Assembly: GCA_965223155.1 (NCBI GenBank) | Contig: CBDCVR010000013.1 | Coordinates: 288,001-352,000 of the forward strand | Length of the DNA stretch: 64,000 bases | Source: Candidatus Multivoradales bacterium | GTDB lineage: Bacteria > Acidobacteriota > Thermoanaerobaculia > Multivoradales > JAHEKO01 | Reading direction: 5' to 3' | Part shown: positions 9,950 through 18,295 of the stretch, in pieces | Numbering within the stretch: position 1 is the stretch's first letter | Layout: each line of letters begins with the position of its first letter | Notes under the pieces: generated by a model | Databases searched by the model: none | Seen by the model: only the letters and a program-made list of their open reading frames with translations | Told to the model about the DNA's origin: nothing | Translations under genes and position numbers: made by a program

Positions 9950-10963
9950 ATGGAGTATGTTGGCATTGATGTTCACTCGAAGTACAGCGAGGTTTGCGGG
10001 ATATCGGAAGAGGGGGAAGTGACGCTTCGCCGGCGGATTCCGACTACGGAGACAGCCTTGCGCCGGTTCTTCGGTTGTCGTGAGCAGTCGCAGGTGACGC
10101 TCGAAAGCGGCCCGGTGACTCCTTGGGTGTACCGGTTGCTGTGTGAGCTGGGACACGAGGTGACGGTAGTCAACCCGCGGCGGGTGCGGCTGATCGCGGA
10201 GTCGACATTGAAGACCGACGGAATCGACGCCGAGGTGTTGGCTCGATTGAGCCGGTTGGATCTCGACCTCCTGCGTCCCGTGTACCAGCGTACGCGTGAG
10301 GCCCAGGAGCTTCGGGCCAGGCTTCGCGTACGTACGAGCCTGGTCAAAGCCAGGACATCGTTGATCAACGCGGTGCGTGGAACGTTGCGAGCTCAAGGGT
10401 ACCGAGTGCCATCGTGCCCGGCCAAGAGCTTCGTCGTGCGCTACGCATCGATGGGTCTCGACAGTTCTCTTGCGGAAACGATCGATCCTCTGGTGACGAC
10501 GATCGGCGAGTTGACGGATCGGATCAACCGGCTCGAGAAGGAGCTCGTAGCCGAGTCGAGCTCAAACGAGCTGTTGGTGCGGCTTCAGACGGTCCCTGGG
10601 GTGGGCCCCTTGGTGAGCTTGGCCTTCCTGGGTTGGATGGATCGCCCGGATCGGTTCAGAAAGAGTCGAGACGTGGGTGCGTGTTTGGGCTTGAGACCGT
10701 CGCTTCGAAGCTCAGGAGGACACGAGATCCGAGGCCGGATCACACGGGAGGGCGACGCCGAGATGCGAAGGCTTCTGGTTCAAGCGGCTCATGCGGCGTT
10801 GAACTGTCGCAAAGAGTCGTCGCTCAAGAACTGGGCTGAGAGCTTGGTCGAGAGGCTCGGCAAGGGCAAGGCCGTCGTGGCCCTAGCGAGGAAGATCGCA
10901 GTGTTGCTCCATCGGCTATGGGTAACGGGCGATACTTTCCGGGCGTTCCCCCAGGCGGTGTAG
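9950..10963 (+). CDS. IS110-family DEDD recombinase/transposase (A)
   Basis: GIDVH, LESG, KTDGIDA (RuvC-like DEDD), VPGVGP, SSGG, VALARK; RBS AAGGAG. Confidence 0.96.
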   Translation: MEYVGIDVHSKYSEVCGISEEGEVTLRRRIPTTETALRRFFGCREQSQVTLESGPVTPWVYRLLCELGHEVTVVNPRRVRLIAESTLKTDGIDAEVLARLSRLDLDLLRPVYQRTREAQELRARLRVRTSLVKARTSLINAVRGTLRAQGYRVPSCPAKSFVVRYASMGLDSSLAETIDPLVTTIGELTDRINRLEKELVAESSSNELLVRLQTVPGVGPLVSLAFLGWMDRPDRFRKSRDVGACLGLRPSLRSSGGHEIRGRITREGDAEMRRLLVQAAHAALNCRKESSLKNWAESLVERLGKGKAVVALARKIAVLLHRLWVTGDTFRAFPQAV

Positions 10964-10995
10964 AGCCTAGAGAACATCAGGTCGCACCAGAAAGG

Positions 10996-11148
10996 AAGGA
11001 CGGATTGAAAGTTTCGATGACTCCGAGAAAAGGGTTGGAGGCCAGGACTCCGCGTGCCAGATGGGAGCATCGAATCCTCAACGGACGAAAAACTCACCAT
11101 GCACCGGTCCAAGAAAGGACCCGCCAGAGTGCGAATAGAAGCTCGTCC
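10996..11148 (+). ncRNA. Predicted bridge RNA/seekRNA of IS variant A
   Basis: Two internal-loop hairpins; guides AAAGG(GT) 11029-35 and GTGCCAG 11054-60 match the flanks; ATAGAAG 11135-41 matches the IS end. Boundaries approximate. Confidence 0.8.
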
Positions 11149-11270
11149 TGAGGCTCCATCCGAGACCCGAAACACATGGGGAGACGATGACAGACACCTT
11201 GACCGAAACGACCGACTCATAGAAGCCTTTCCGCGAAAGCTAGTCAGTAGTTGACGTTTTCGAAAAGGGT

Positions 11271-11328
11271 GGTGCCTATTCTTGGGGGCACAGTGTCCCA
11301 GCTGGAGACCGACCGACCCATCTCATCT
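11271..11328 (-). mobile_element. Left-end remnant of a related IS1111-type element
   Basis: Reverse complement reads AG-ATGAGATGGGTCGGTCGGTCTCCAGCTGGGACACTGTGCC..CCAAGAATAGGCACC, near-identical to the left ends of A and B. Confidence 0.85.
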
Positions 11329-11352
11329 GGAACCTATCGATGGGAGGTCAGG

Positions 11353-11658
11353 TCAGGAGGAACCCATAATAGAGCTAAGTACCTCTAAGAGAAGGCACGA
11401 AAAGGCTGCCATCAGGAAGATAGACAGTGCGCAGTACAAGACCGACAGGACTGCTAACCAAGGGTCGCCCAACCGAAGTGGTCTGAAGCTGTACATGTAG
11501 CGCCAGAACCGGACGGTCTGCTGGGACGTCATAAAGTTTGAAGGCTTGCCCGCTCGTTGCCACTCATCTTCGTGATATTTCCGAAGTCGCCGCAACAAGG
11601 CCACCCCCACAAACATGGCTGGAAGCATCGCCGCGAAGAAGGCTATCTCAAGGCTCAT
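11353..11658 (-). CDS. Small hypothetical membrane protein
   Basis: 101 aa with two hydrophobic segments. Confidence 0.6.
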   Translation of the reverse strand: MSLEIAFFAAMLPAMFVGVALLRRLRKYHEDEWQRAGKPSNFMTSQQTVRFWRYMYSFRPLRLGDPWLAVLSVLYCALSIFLMAAFSCLLLEVLSSIMGSS

Positions 11659-11685
11659 AGAGGTGGCCCCCCTTGTTCGGACAGT

Positions 11686-13056
11686 GAGTTATCGTCAAAT
11701 GTTGTGTACGGGTGACTCAGGCGGCGATCCGGTTCTTGGGTTCTCCATCAACGAATTTGACACCTCGGACAACGTCGGCGATTCGCTTGTAGCCCTGTAG
11801 CCGCCGCCATCGTTTCTCGGCACTCTGGCTCAGCTTGAAGACCATCGAGAGCATGGTCTCGCGGGAGAGACAACCACGGGTCTTGGCCGTTCGAAGGCGT
11901 ACGGTGGCAAAGGTCGACTCGATCGGGTTCGTGGTCCTGAGATGGACCCAATGCTCGGCCGGGAAATCGTAGAAGGTCAGCAGGACCTTGCGATCCTTGG
12001 CCAGGCAACGCGTCGCCTTCGGGTACTTGGCCCCGTAGGTCGACAGGAAGGCATCGAAGGCTCGCTCGGCAGCCTCGCGCGTTTCGGCCATCCAGACCTG
12101 GTGCAGCGCCTGCTTGGCCTTTGGCTGGACGGCCTTGGGCATCTTGTTCAAGACGTTGCCGGTCTTGTGGACCCAGCAACGCTGGGTCTTGGTGTTGCTC
12201 CAGACCTGAGCCAGGGCCTTCCAGAAGCCCAGAGCGCCGTCACCGGTCGCCAGCTTCGGCTCGATGGCAAGCCCTCGCGCTTCGAGTCCACGCAAGAGCT
12301 CGAGCCAGGAAGCCTCGCTCTCGCGGTAGCCGTCTTCGACGGCGATGAGCTCCTTGGTGCCGTCCTCGGTGGCGCCAATCAGTACCAGCAGGCACAGCTT
12401 CGCGTCGTCCAGACGAGCCTTGGTATGGATCCCATCCGCCCACACGTAGACGTAGCGCTTGGAGGACAAGTCCCGGGTGCGCCAGTCGGTGTACTCCTTG
12501 GCCCAGACTTTCTTCAGACGGCTGATCGTCGCGGCTGACAACCCCGGGGCGTCGGGGCCTACCAGAGCTTCCAGGGCATCGGAGAAATCTCCGGTGGAGA
12601 TGCCGCGCAGATAGAGCCACGGCAGCAGCTCCTCGACGCTCTTGGCCCGTCTGAGATACGGAGGCGCGATCTTCGAGCGAAAGACCAACTCACCTTCACG
12701 ATCCCGAACCCGAGGCACCTTCACCGGCACACCTCCGATTCCCGTCTGGATCTCACGCTCGCGCAGGTAGCCGTTGCGAACCATGCGGCGCCGGCCATCT
12801 TCCGTTTGCTCGCCTCGGTACTCGGCCAGGAAGCTCTCGACCTCGGCTTCGATCGCTTCGCGAAGCAACTCGCGTGAGCCGCGGCGAAGCACTTCGGTCA
12901 AGGCATCTCTCGAACTCTCTGATCGGTCAATCGAAACTACGTTACTCTTGCTCAAGGCGTATCCTCCTTCTTTGAGGGTTTGAATCCGATTTGGAAAACC
13001 GGACTCAGGATACGCCGCCTTCATCTCAACTCATACACAACTTTCGACCATAGCTC
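11686..13056 (-). mobile_element. IS256-family element
   Basis: Imperfect 23-bp TIRs GAGTTATCGTCAAATGTTGTGTA / GAGCTATGGTCGAAAGTTGTGTA; 9-bp TSD TCGGACAGT at 11677-11685 and 13057-13065. Confidence 0.95.
11717..12955 (-). CDS. IS256-family transposase
   Basis: RNGY, VPRVRDR, WADGI, QRCWVHK, RTTNPIES; TTG start with AGGAGGA RBS. Confidence 0.95.
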   Translation of the reverse strand: MSKSNVVSIDRSESSRDALTEVLRRGSRELLREAIEAEVESFLAEYRGEQTEDGRRRMVRNGYLREREIQTGIGGVPVKVPRVRDREGELVFRSKIAPPYLRRAKSVEELLPWLYLRGISTGDFSDALEALVGPDAPGLSAATISRLKKVWAKEYTDWRTRDLSSKRYVYVWADGIHTKARLDDAKLCLLVLIGATEDGTKELIAVEDGYRESEASWLELLRGLEARGLAIEPKLATGDGALGFWKALAQVWSNTKTQRCWVHKTGNVLNKMPKAVQPKAKQALHQVWMAETREAAERAFDAFLSTYGAKYPKATRCLAKDRKVLLTFYDFPAEHWVHLRTTNPIESTFATVRLRTAKTRGCLSRETMLSMVFKLSQSAEKRWRRLQGYKRIADVVRGVKFVDGEPKNRIAA

Positions 13057-13087
13057 TCGGACAGTTCGGCGGCAGTGAATTCGGAGT

Positions 13088-13171
13088 GAATTCGGTGACA
13101 GGATACATATTTCGAGTGTCCCTCTGCGGCCGGATTCTTCCCTTGAAATTGGTATCCTGTCACCGAATTTC
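13088..13171. repeat. Palindromic repeat copy R1 (intact)
   Basis: Perfect 18-bp IR AATTCGGTGACAGGATAC (13089-13106 / 13152-13169) around a conserved spacer. Confidence 0.92.
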
Positions 13172-13179
13172 CCCCCAGC

Positions 13180-13524
13180 GTGGAATCCGATGGATTGCAC
13201 ACTCTCGTAGTGCCGTCGCGGGAGCGGAGCAGCGGTCAGCCTCAGGTCGACTTCTCAGTCGAGTATCCGCCCTGGGACGGGAGCCTTGACGACTCCAGAC
13301 TAGCGCCGCCCCCGGGCGTAAGCGGTGGCGGGATCTGGACGGTCCCTATATTCAAAGCGAACCGCCTGTGGGCTCCAGAACGCGCGGAGTTGGTCGGAGT
13401 GGCGAGGAGCTGGTCGCGGCAGAACAAGGAGCTCGTCTGCGTGCGTATAGAGGAGTGGCTCGCGATCCTTCGGCAAGACGTCGGCGATCTAGCGCCCGCT
13501 ATTGACGCGGCGGCTGGCCAGTAG
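13180..13524 (+). pseudogene. Probable 5'-truncated gene; trypsin-like protease C-terminal part
   Basis: PPGVSGGGIW...LVGVA resembles the GxSGG region; begins right after R1 with no N-terminal half. Confidence 0.4.
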
Positions 13525-13529
13525 CTATC

Positions 13530-14249
13530 TCAGTCCGCGCAGTTGTTGTACCGGAGCGTGTTCGCCTTCCACTCGTCGCGAGCGCTGCACCCGGCAACGT
13601 ACTCCTCAAGAAGGACGCGACACCGCGCTGGCGAGGGCGCGTGAAGGCCTGCCAACGTTGCGATCTCCCCGATCATCTCGTCCTGCGAATGGACCCAGTC
13701 AACTGCTAGAACGTCGGCTTTGGTCTCGACGTCAACGGCTGCTGGCAGGTCGGACCGGAGCGATGAATCGACAACCAAGAGAGCTCCGCGCGGGCGCTTT
13801 TGGCTGAGCTTGTAGGAGTTGATCAACGCACTGCCCATAACCGGGAAGATCGTCATCAGGCCTTCGCCCATCCTGATCACACCATCCGTCGACTTCGCCA
13901 TGACCGAATCGGGGTAGCAGCCCTGTACATCCGCGAAGCCACCCGTCGACAGAGCTGCTCTCGCAACGCCTCCACCGGCGAGAACGTGCCGAAGTACGCC
14001 GATCGCAACGGCGACGGGTTTCCCCAGCGCCTGTTCGCCAAAGCTCGGAACGACTACGAAGCCATCGCCAAGCTGGTGGGCAAACAGGCGATGCGGCTCC
14101 TCCGCGAGGCACATCGCGCCAATGCGGTGAATCGCCTCCATTAGTCGACCAAGGCGCACTAGAGCCTCAGCCTGGTGCATGGCGTACGTATCAGAGAACC
14201 CCTCGAGATCGAGATAGAGGGACCACTTGTCTTCGCCAGTCCGCCACAT
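13530..14249 (-). CDS. Hypothetical protein, class III nucleotidyl-cyclase-like
   Basis: YLDLEGFS, LGDGF, RAALSTG, GSALINSYKL; start set at ATG 14249 because the longer ORF runs into the IS. Confidence 0.6.
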   Translation of the reverse strand: MWRTGEDKWSLYLDLEGFSDTYAMHQAEALVRLGRLMEAIHRIGAMCLAEEPHRLFAHQLGDGFVVVPSFGEQALGKPVAVAIGVLRHVLAGGGVARAALSTGGFADVQGCYPDSVMAKSTDGVIRMGEGLMTIFPVMGSALINSYKLSQKRPRGALLVVDSSLRSDLPAAVDVETKADVLAVDWVHSQDEMIGEIATLAGLHAPSPARCRVLLEEYVAGCSARDEWKANTLRYNNCAD

Positions 14250-14373
14250 TGAGGTCAACGGTTGCTGTGGAATTCGGTGACAGATGAGATGAGTCGGTCG
14301 GTCTCCAGCTGGGACACTGTGCCAGTTGGAGATAACCAAGAATCGGCATCAGAGCCGAGAAAGGAGACCGACC

Positions 14374-15387
14374 ATGGAGTATCTTGGCATCGATGTTCAC
14401 TCGAAGTACAGCGAGGTGTGTGGCGTATCAGAAGACGGTGAGGTGACGGTTCGCCGGCGGGTTCCGACGACCGAGACGGGCCTGCGAAGGTTCTTCGCCA
14501 ATCGGGAACGCTCGCAGGTGACGCTCGAGAGCGGTCCGGTCACACCCTGGGTCTATCGACTGCTGTCTGAGCTCGGCCATGAGGTGATGGTGGTCAATCC
14601 ACGCCGGGTACGTCTGATCGCGGAATCGACCCTGAAGACGGACGGAATCGACGCCGAGATCCTGGCTCGTTTGAGCCGGTTGGATCTGGGTTTGCTTCGA
14701 CCAGTCTACCAGCGCACAGGTGAGGCCCAAGAGCTTCGGACGCGTCTTCGGGTCCGAACGAGTCTGGTGAAGACCAGGACCTCGCTGATCAACTCCGTAC
14801 GCGGAACGCTGCGGGCACAGGGCTACCGAGTGCCCTCATGTCCGGCGAAGAGCTTCGTGGCTCGGTACGCGTCGATGTCGGTCGAAGCCGGCCTGTTGGG
14901 AGCGCTCGAACCTCTGGTAACGACAATCGGCGAGCTGACCGATCGGATCCACCATCTCGAAGACGACCTCATCTCCGAGTCGAGATCAAACGAGCTGGTC
15001 CGTCGGCTGCAGACGGTTCCTGGTGTGGGGCCTCTGGTGAGCCTTGCGTTCGTCGGCTGGATGGATCGTCCGGATCGGTTCGAGAAAAGCCGCGACGTCG
15101 GAGCGTGTCTGGGCTTGAGACCGTCGCTTCGCAGCTCAGGAGGGCATGAGGTCAGGGGCCGGATCACTCGCGAGGGCGACTCGGAGATGCGCAGACTCTT
15201 GGTGCAGGCAGCTCATGCGGCGTTGAACTGTCGCAAAGAGTCGTCACTCAAGAGATGGGCTGAGGGCCTGGTCGAGAGGCTGGGTAAGGGCAAGGCCGTG
15301 GTCGCGCTAGCTAGGAAGATCGCGGTGTTGCTCCACAGGCTGTGGGTGACAGGTGAGAGCTTCCGAGCCTTTCCCAAGGCAGCGTAG
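14374..15387 (+). CDS. IS110-family recombinase/transposase (B)
   Basis: Same motifs as A; 337 aa, closely similar to A. Confidence 0.96.
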   Translation: MEYLGIDVHSKYSEVCGVSEDGEVTVRRRVPTTETGLRRFFANRERSQVTLESGPVTPWVYRLLSELGHEVMVVNPRRVRLIAESTLKTDGIDAEILARLSRLDLGLLRPVYQRTGEAQELRTRLRVRTSLVKTRTSLINSVRGTLRAQGYRVPSCPAKSFVARYASMSVEAGLLGALEPLVTTIGELTDRIHHLEDDLISESRSNELVRRLQTVPGVGPLVSLAFVGWMDRPDRFEKSRDVGACLGLRPSLRSSGGHEVRGRITREGDSEMRRLLVQAAHAALNCRKESSLKRWAEGLVERLGKGKAVVALARKIAVLLHRLWVTGESFRAFPKAA

Positions 15388-15413
15388 AAGAGATAACTAG
15401 ACGACCAACAAGC

Positions 15414-15566
15414 AAGGACGGATTGAGAGGTTCGATGACTCCGAAAGTATCCTTGGTGGCCCCGACACCGTGTGACAGATGGGAGCATCGATTCCTAAAC
15501 GGACGCAAAACTCACCATGCACCGGTTCAAAGAAGAACCCTACAGAGTGCGAATAGAAGCTCGTCC
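15414..15566 (+). ncRNA. Predicted bridge RNA/seekRNA of variant B copy 1
   Basis: Guides GTATCCT (15447-53) and GTGACAG (15472-78) match the target; ATAGAAG (15553-59) and CTCA (15511-14) match the donor junction. Confidence 0.83.
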
Positions 15567-15645
15567 CAAGCCTCGATCCAAACCTAAGGAAAACTACAAA
15601 AAGAAGAAACGAAACTCTTGACGCCAACCGACCGACTCATAGAAG

Positions 15646-15747
15646 GATACATATTTCCTGACGGTTCCGGTGACAGGATACATATTTCGAGGGTCCCTCT
15701 GCGGCCGGATTCTTCCCTTGAAATAGGTATCCTGTCACCGGATTTCC
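15646..15747. repeat. Palindromic repeat copy R2, preceded by the remainder of an IS-interrupted extra arm
   Basis: CCGGTGACAGGATACATATTTCGAG...CTTGAAATAGGTATCCTGTCACCGG; the other half of the extra arm is at 14270-14283. Confidence 0.9.
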
Positions 15748-15771
15748 AGTGGAATTCCGGCTCGGCTCGCG

Positions 15772-17064
15772 TCACCTGATACCGGGGATTCGTACCGCGG
15801 GGATGATCTCGTCGAGCAGGATCTGCTCCGGCATCCAGAAAAAGTCCGGGTCGTTGTACCCGCCGCACAGGATCACGACGAGGAGGTCGAGTGCGGGAAT
15901 GACGTAGATGCGCTGGCCACCATTCCCGGCGGCGGTATGGACCTCCAGCTCGGCGGAGTCCGTGCCGTAAAGATCGTGCCACCAGAGGTATCCGTAGCCG
16001 AATTCGCCGATCTCTTTCTCGCGTCCGGTCACGGCAAGACGCCGCCGCGTCGATTCGCTCACCCAGGATTCGGTCAGGATCTGCTCGCCGTTCCAGCGCC
16101 CGCCGCTGAGATACAGCGAGCCGAACTTTGCGAAGTCTCGCGCTGTCATCCAGACGTTTCCGCCGGGGTCCGAGTTTGTCGCCCAGGGCCGATCGCTCTC
16201 CCACGCGAGCTCGGGCACGGAGTCCCAGTTCGAATAGCTGGCCCATTCGACGTCTCGTATTCCCAGCGGTTCAAAGAGCAGTTCTCGGGCGTAGGCGCCG
16301 AAGGCCTTGTTCGTAGCACGTGCCACCGCGATACCCAGCATCGCGGGCAACCCGGAGTTGTAGTACCACTGCGTACCGGGAGTCGAGGCCATCGAGCGGC
16401 TGAACACGTAGGCTGCCGGGTCGTCGTGCGCAGTCGTTCGCTCTGCGTCGTTCGAAGGGTCGGTGTACGGCACCTCGAACTCGTTCCAGCGGAGCCCGGC
16501 ACTCATCATCAACGCGTGGCGGACGGTGATTGCACGTTTCTCCGGCGTAGCCAGCGAATCTAGTTCCGGGAAGTAGTCGAGCAGCGGGGTGTCGAGCGAC
16601 GGGATCGCTTGGCGATCGAGCGCGATTCCAACGACTGCCGAAGTGATGCTCTTCCCCACGGAGCGCGAGTCGTGCAGCGTGGTCCGGTCGAACTCGACGG
16701 TCACGGTCTCAAAACGCTCTCCATTCCAGCGCTTGTCTTCTCCCGTGAAATACGATTCGTACACGAGTTGGCCGCTCTTGGCGATCAGCACCGCATGGAC
16801 GTTCGGGTACCGCTCGCCCTGGCGCAGCGCTGCGGTCATGGAGTCGAGGCGTGAAACGTCGAGTCCCGCGTCGGACGCGGCACCAACGCCCCATCCATCG
16901 TCGGTCCTGGCAGGCGTCCAGGCGGCCTCGGGCGACGCCGCGGTCGGAGTGGGTGCCGAATTCTCGGTCGTTCCACAGCCCTGGGATGCCAGCAGACAGA
17001 GTGCAACCGCAGTTACCGTCCAGTGTCGGGGTGTCACCGTCGCAAGACGTCTTGCAGCTCTCAT
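15772..17064 (-). CDS. Serine hydrolase, beta-lactamase class C-like family; lipoprotein
   Basis: SVGK (SxxK), YYNS, AAGNGGQ; lipobox SQGC. Resistance function not established. Confidence 0.88.
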   Translation of the reverse strand: MRAARRLATVTPRHWTVTAVALCLLASQGCGTTENSAPTPTAASPEAAWTPARTDDGWGVGAASDAGLDVSRLDSMTAALRQGERYPNVHAVLIAKSGQLVYESYFTGEDKRWNGERFETVTVEFDRTTLHDSRSVGKSITSAVVGIALDRQAIPSLDTPLLDYFPELDSLATPEKRAITVRHALMMSAGLRWNEFEVPYTDPSNDAERTTAHDDPAAYVFSRSMASTPGTQWYYNSGLPAMLGIAVARATNKAFGAYARELLFEPLGIRDVEWASYSNWDSVPELAWESDRPWATNSDPGGNVWMTARDFAKFGSLYLSGGRWNGEQILTESWVSESTRRRLAVTGREKEIGEFGYGYLWWHDLYGTDSAELEVHTAAGNGGQRIYVIPALDLLVVILCGGYNDPDFFWMPEQILLDEIIPAVRIPGIR

Positions 17065-17180
17065 GGTGCCGGTACTCTAGTCCCAGGAGCCAGTATTCCC
17101 AAGGAGAATCTGCGTGTCCTTGACCCTCGGAAGTCGACCATCTGAGAGTCAAACCTCGGACGCGGCGATCTCTTGGCGAC

Positions 17181-17363
17181 AGAACAACGGAGAATGTCCT
17201 GGTCTTCGACTTCGACGGCGGCACGAATCTGGAGAACGCCGACCACTACTTCGGCGCAGCCAAGCTCACTCTGGACGGCGACCACCTCACCAGCGCCTGG
17301 ACCGCCTATGCGGGCAGCGAGAAAGCCGCCGGTATGACCTTTCACCTGGCGCGATCCGAGTAG
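17181..17363 (+). pseudogene. 3' fragment of a hypothetical gene
   Basis: Protein-like frame ENVLVFDFDGGTNLENADHYFG...FHLARSE-stop; no start after the in-frame stop at 17121. Confidence 0.45.
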
Positions 17364-17393
17364 TCCAGGTCGCCAACTCTTCAAGAGAGCAGC

Positions 17394-17429
17394 TAGTCAG
17401 GACGGCGAGATTCGAACTCGCGACCCCCT
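17394..17429 (-). repeat. att-like copy of the tRNA-Pro 3' end, inverted
   Basis: 33/36 identity to 9521-9556 on the opposite strand. Confidence 0.88.
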
Positions 17430-17474
17430 ATGCCCGAAGCCGGAGACCGCTAAAACACCCTTCTCCAGCAGCTC

Positions 17475-18221
17475 CTAGTTGTACAACAGGTAGACCAGTG
17501 CCTGGCCGAGCGGAATCGTCGGCAACACGAGAGCTGCCACCAAGATGAAGATCATCAAGAGTGGTGCGCCCCATCGCACTACCCCGTGCACTCGTCCCAG
17601 CGTCCACCGATCGTAGAACATGACTATTCCCAGGAGTAAAGCCAGTCCACCGAGGCCATAGGCGGCCTCACTGAGCATCGGCGAAGGGCTGATTTGTAGC
17701 GACGGGGACCGACCGATACGCGCAAGCGCCTGGCCCATCATCGCAAGAGATGCGAGCATCATGAGCCTCATGTGAGCCTCACGATTGCGACGGTGCCAAA
17801 CGCCCAACGCGACAAAAGACGCGAAAGCGATTACGAGTATCAGGTTGCCCCACAAGAACTGGCTCGCCCGCTCGACGCTGCCACCGGATTCGCGAAACTC
17901 AAGAACACCGCGGTAGAGAATCGAGAGTCCTGAGAGGACCATCAAGCCGGCGAGAACGGCCCCCAGCCCGCCGAGGCGGCGGTGGAACCGACGTTGGCCC
18001 GCTTGAACTAGAACGCTCTGGACGATAAGCAGAACGAACCACGAGGTGAAGAGGACGCCGTGGAGCTTCGTTCGTAGCGGCAACTCAGGGCTGTTGAACG
18101 CGCCGCGCAGAAAGTACGTGGGCGCAAAGCCGATGATGTTGAGGGCTAGGAGCAGAACGGCGAACCAGAGGACGAACCGCTGAGCGGCCCCGTTGGGCAA
18201 ACTTCCCTGGGTGCTTGGCAT
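17475..18221 (-). CDS. Hypothetical multi-pass membrane protein
   Basis: GFAPTYF, HGVLFTSW, HRRLG, HMRLM; about 7 hydrophobic segments; GGAGGAG RBS. Confidence 0.8.
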   Translation of the reverse strand: MPSTQGSLPNGAAQRFVLWFAVLLLALNIIGFAPTYFLRGAFNSPELPLRTKLHGVLFTSWFVLLIVQSVLVQAGQRRFHRRLGGLGAVLAGLMVLSGLSILYRGVLEFRESGGSVERASQFLWGNLILVIAFASFVALGVWHRRNREAHMRLMMLASLAMMGQALARIGRSPSLQISPSPMLSEAAYGLGGLALLLGIVMFYDRWTLGRVHGVVRWGAPLLMIFILVAALVLPTIPLGQALVYLLYN

Positions 18222-18295
18222 GACTCCTCCTGGTTTTGTCCGCCGGCCATCGTATCCCAGCGCACCCCCAGCCCCCTCCGAGATTCCTACCCTGG

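Larger units (their letters stand above)
9857..11225 (+). mobile_element. IS110-family IS1111-type element, variant A
   Basis: AG core at both ends (9857-58, 11224-25); sub-terminal IR ATGAGTCGGTCG (9864-9875) / CGACCGACTCAT (11209-11220); short left end, long right non-coding end. Confidence 0.93.
14282..15645 (+). mobile_element. IS1111-type element, variant B copy 1, inserted in a repeat arm
   Basis: AG cores at 14282-83 and 15644-45; 14-bp sub-terminal IR 14289-14302 / 15627-15640; flanks rejoin to GAATTCGGTGAC-AG-GATACATATTTC. Confidence 0.95.

Noticed and set aside
14250-14339. N-terminal extension of the 269-aa ORF
   Set aside because: It is derived from IS left-end and repeat sequence.
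14326-14373. 16-aa N-terminal extension of transposase B (also 19661-19708)
   Set aside because: The AAGGAG RBS precedes ATG 14374, and variant A has a 1-bp indel in this stretch.
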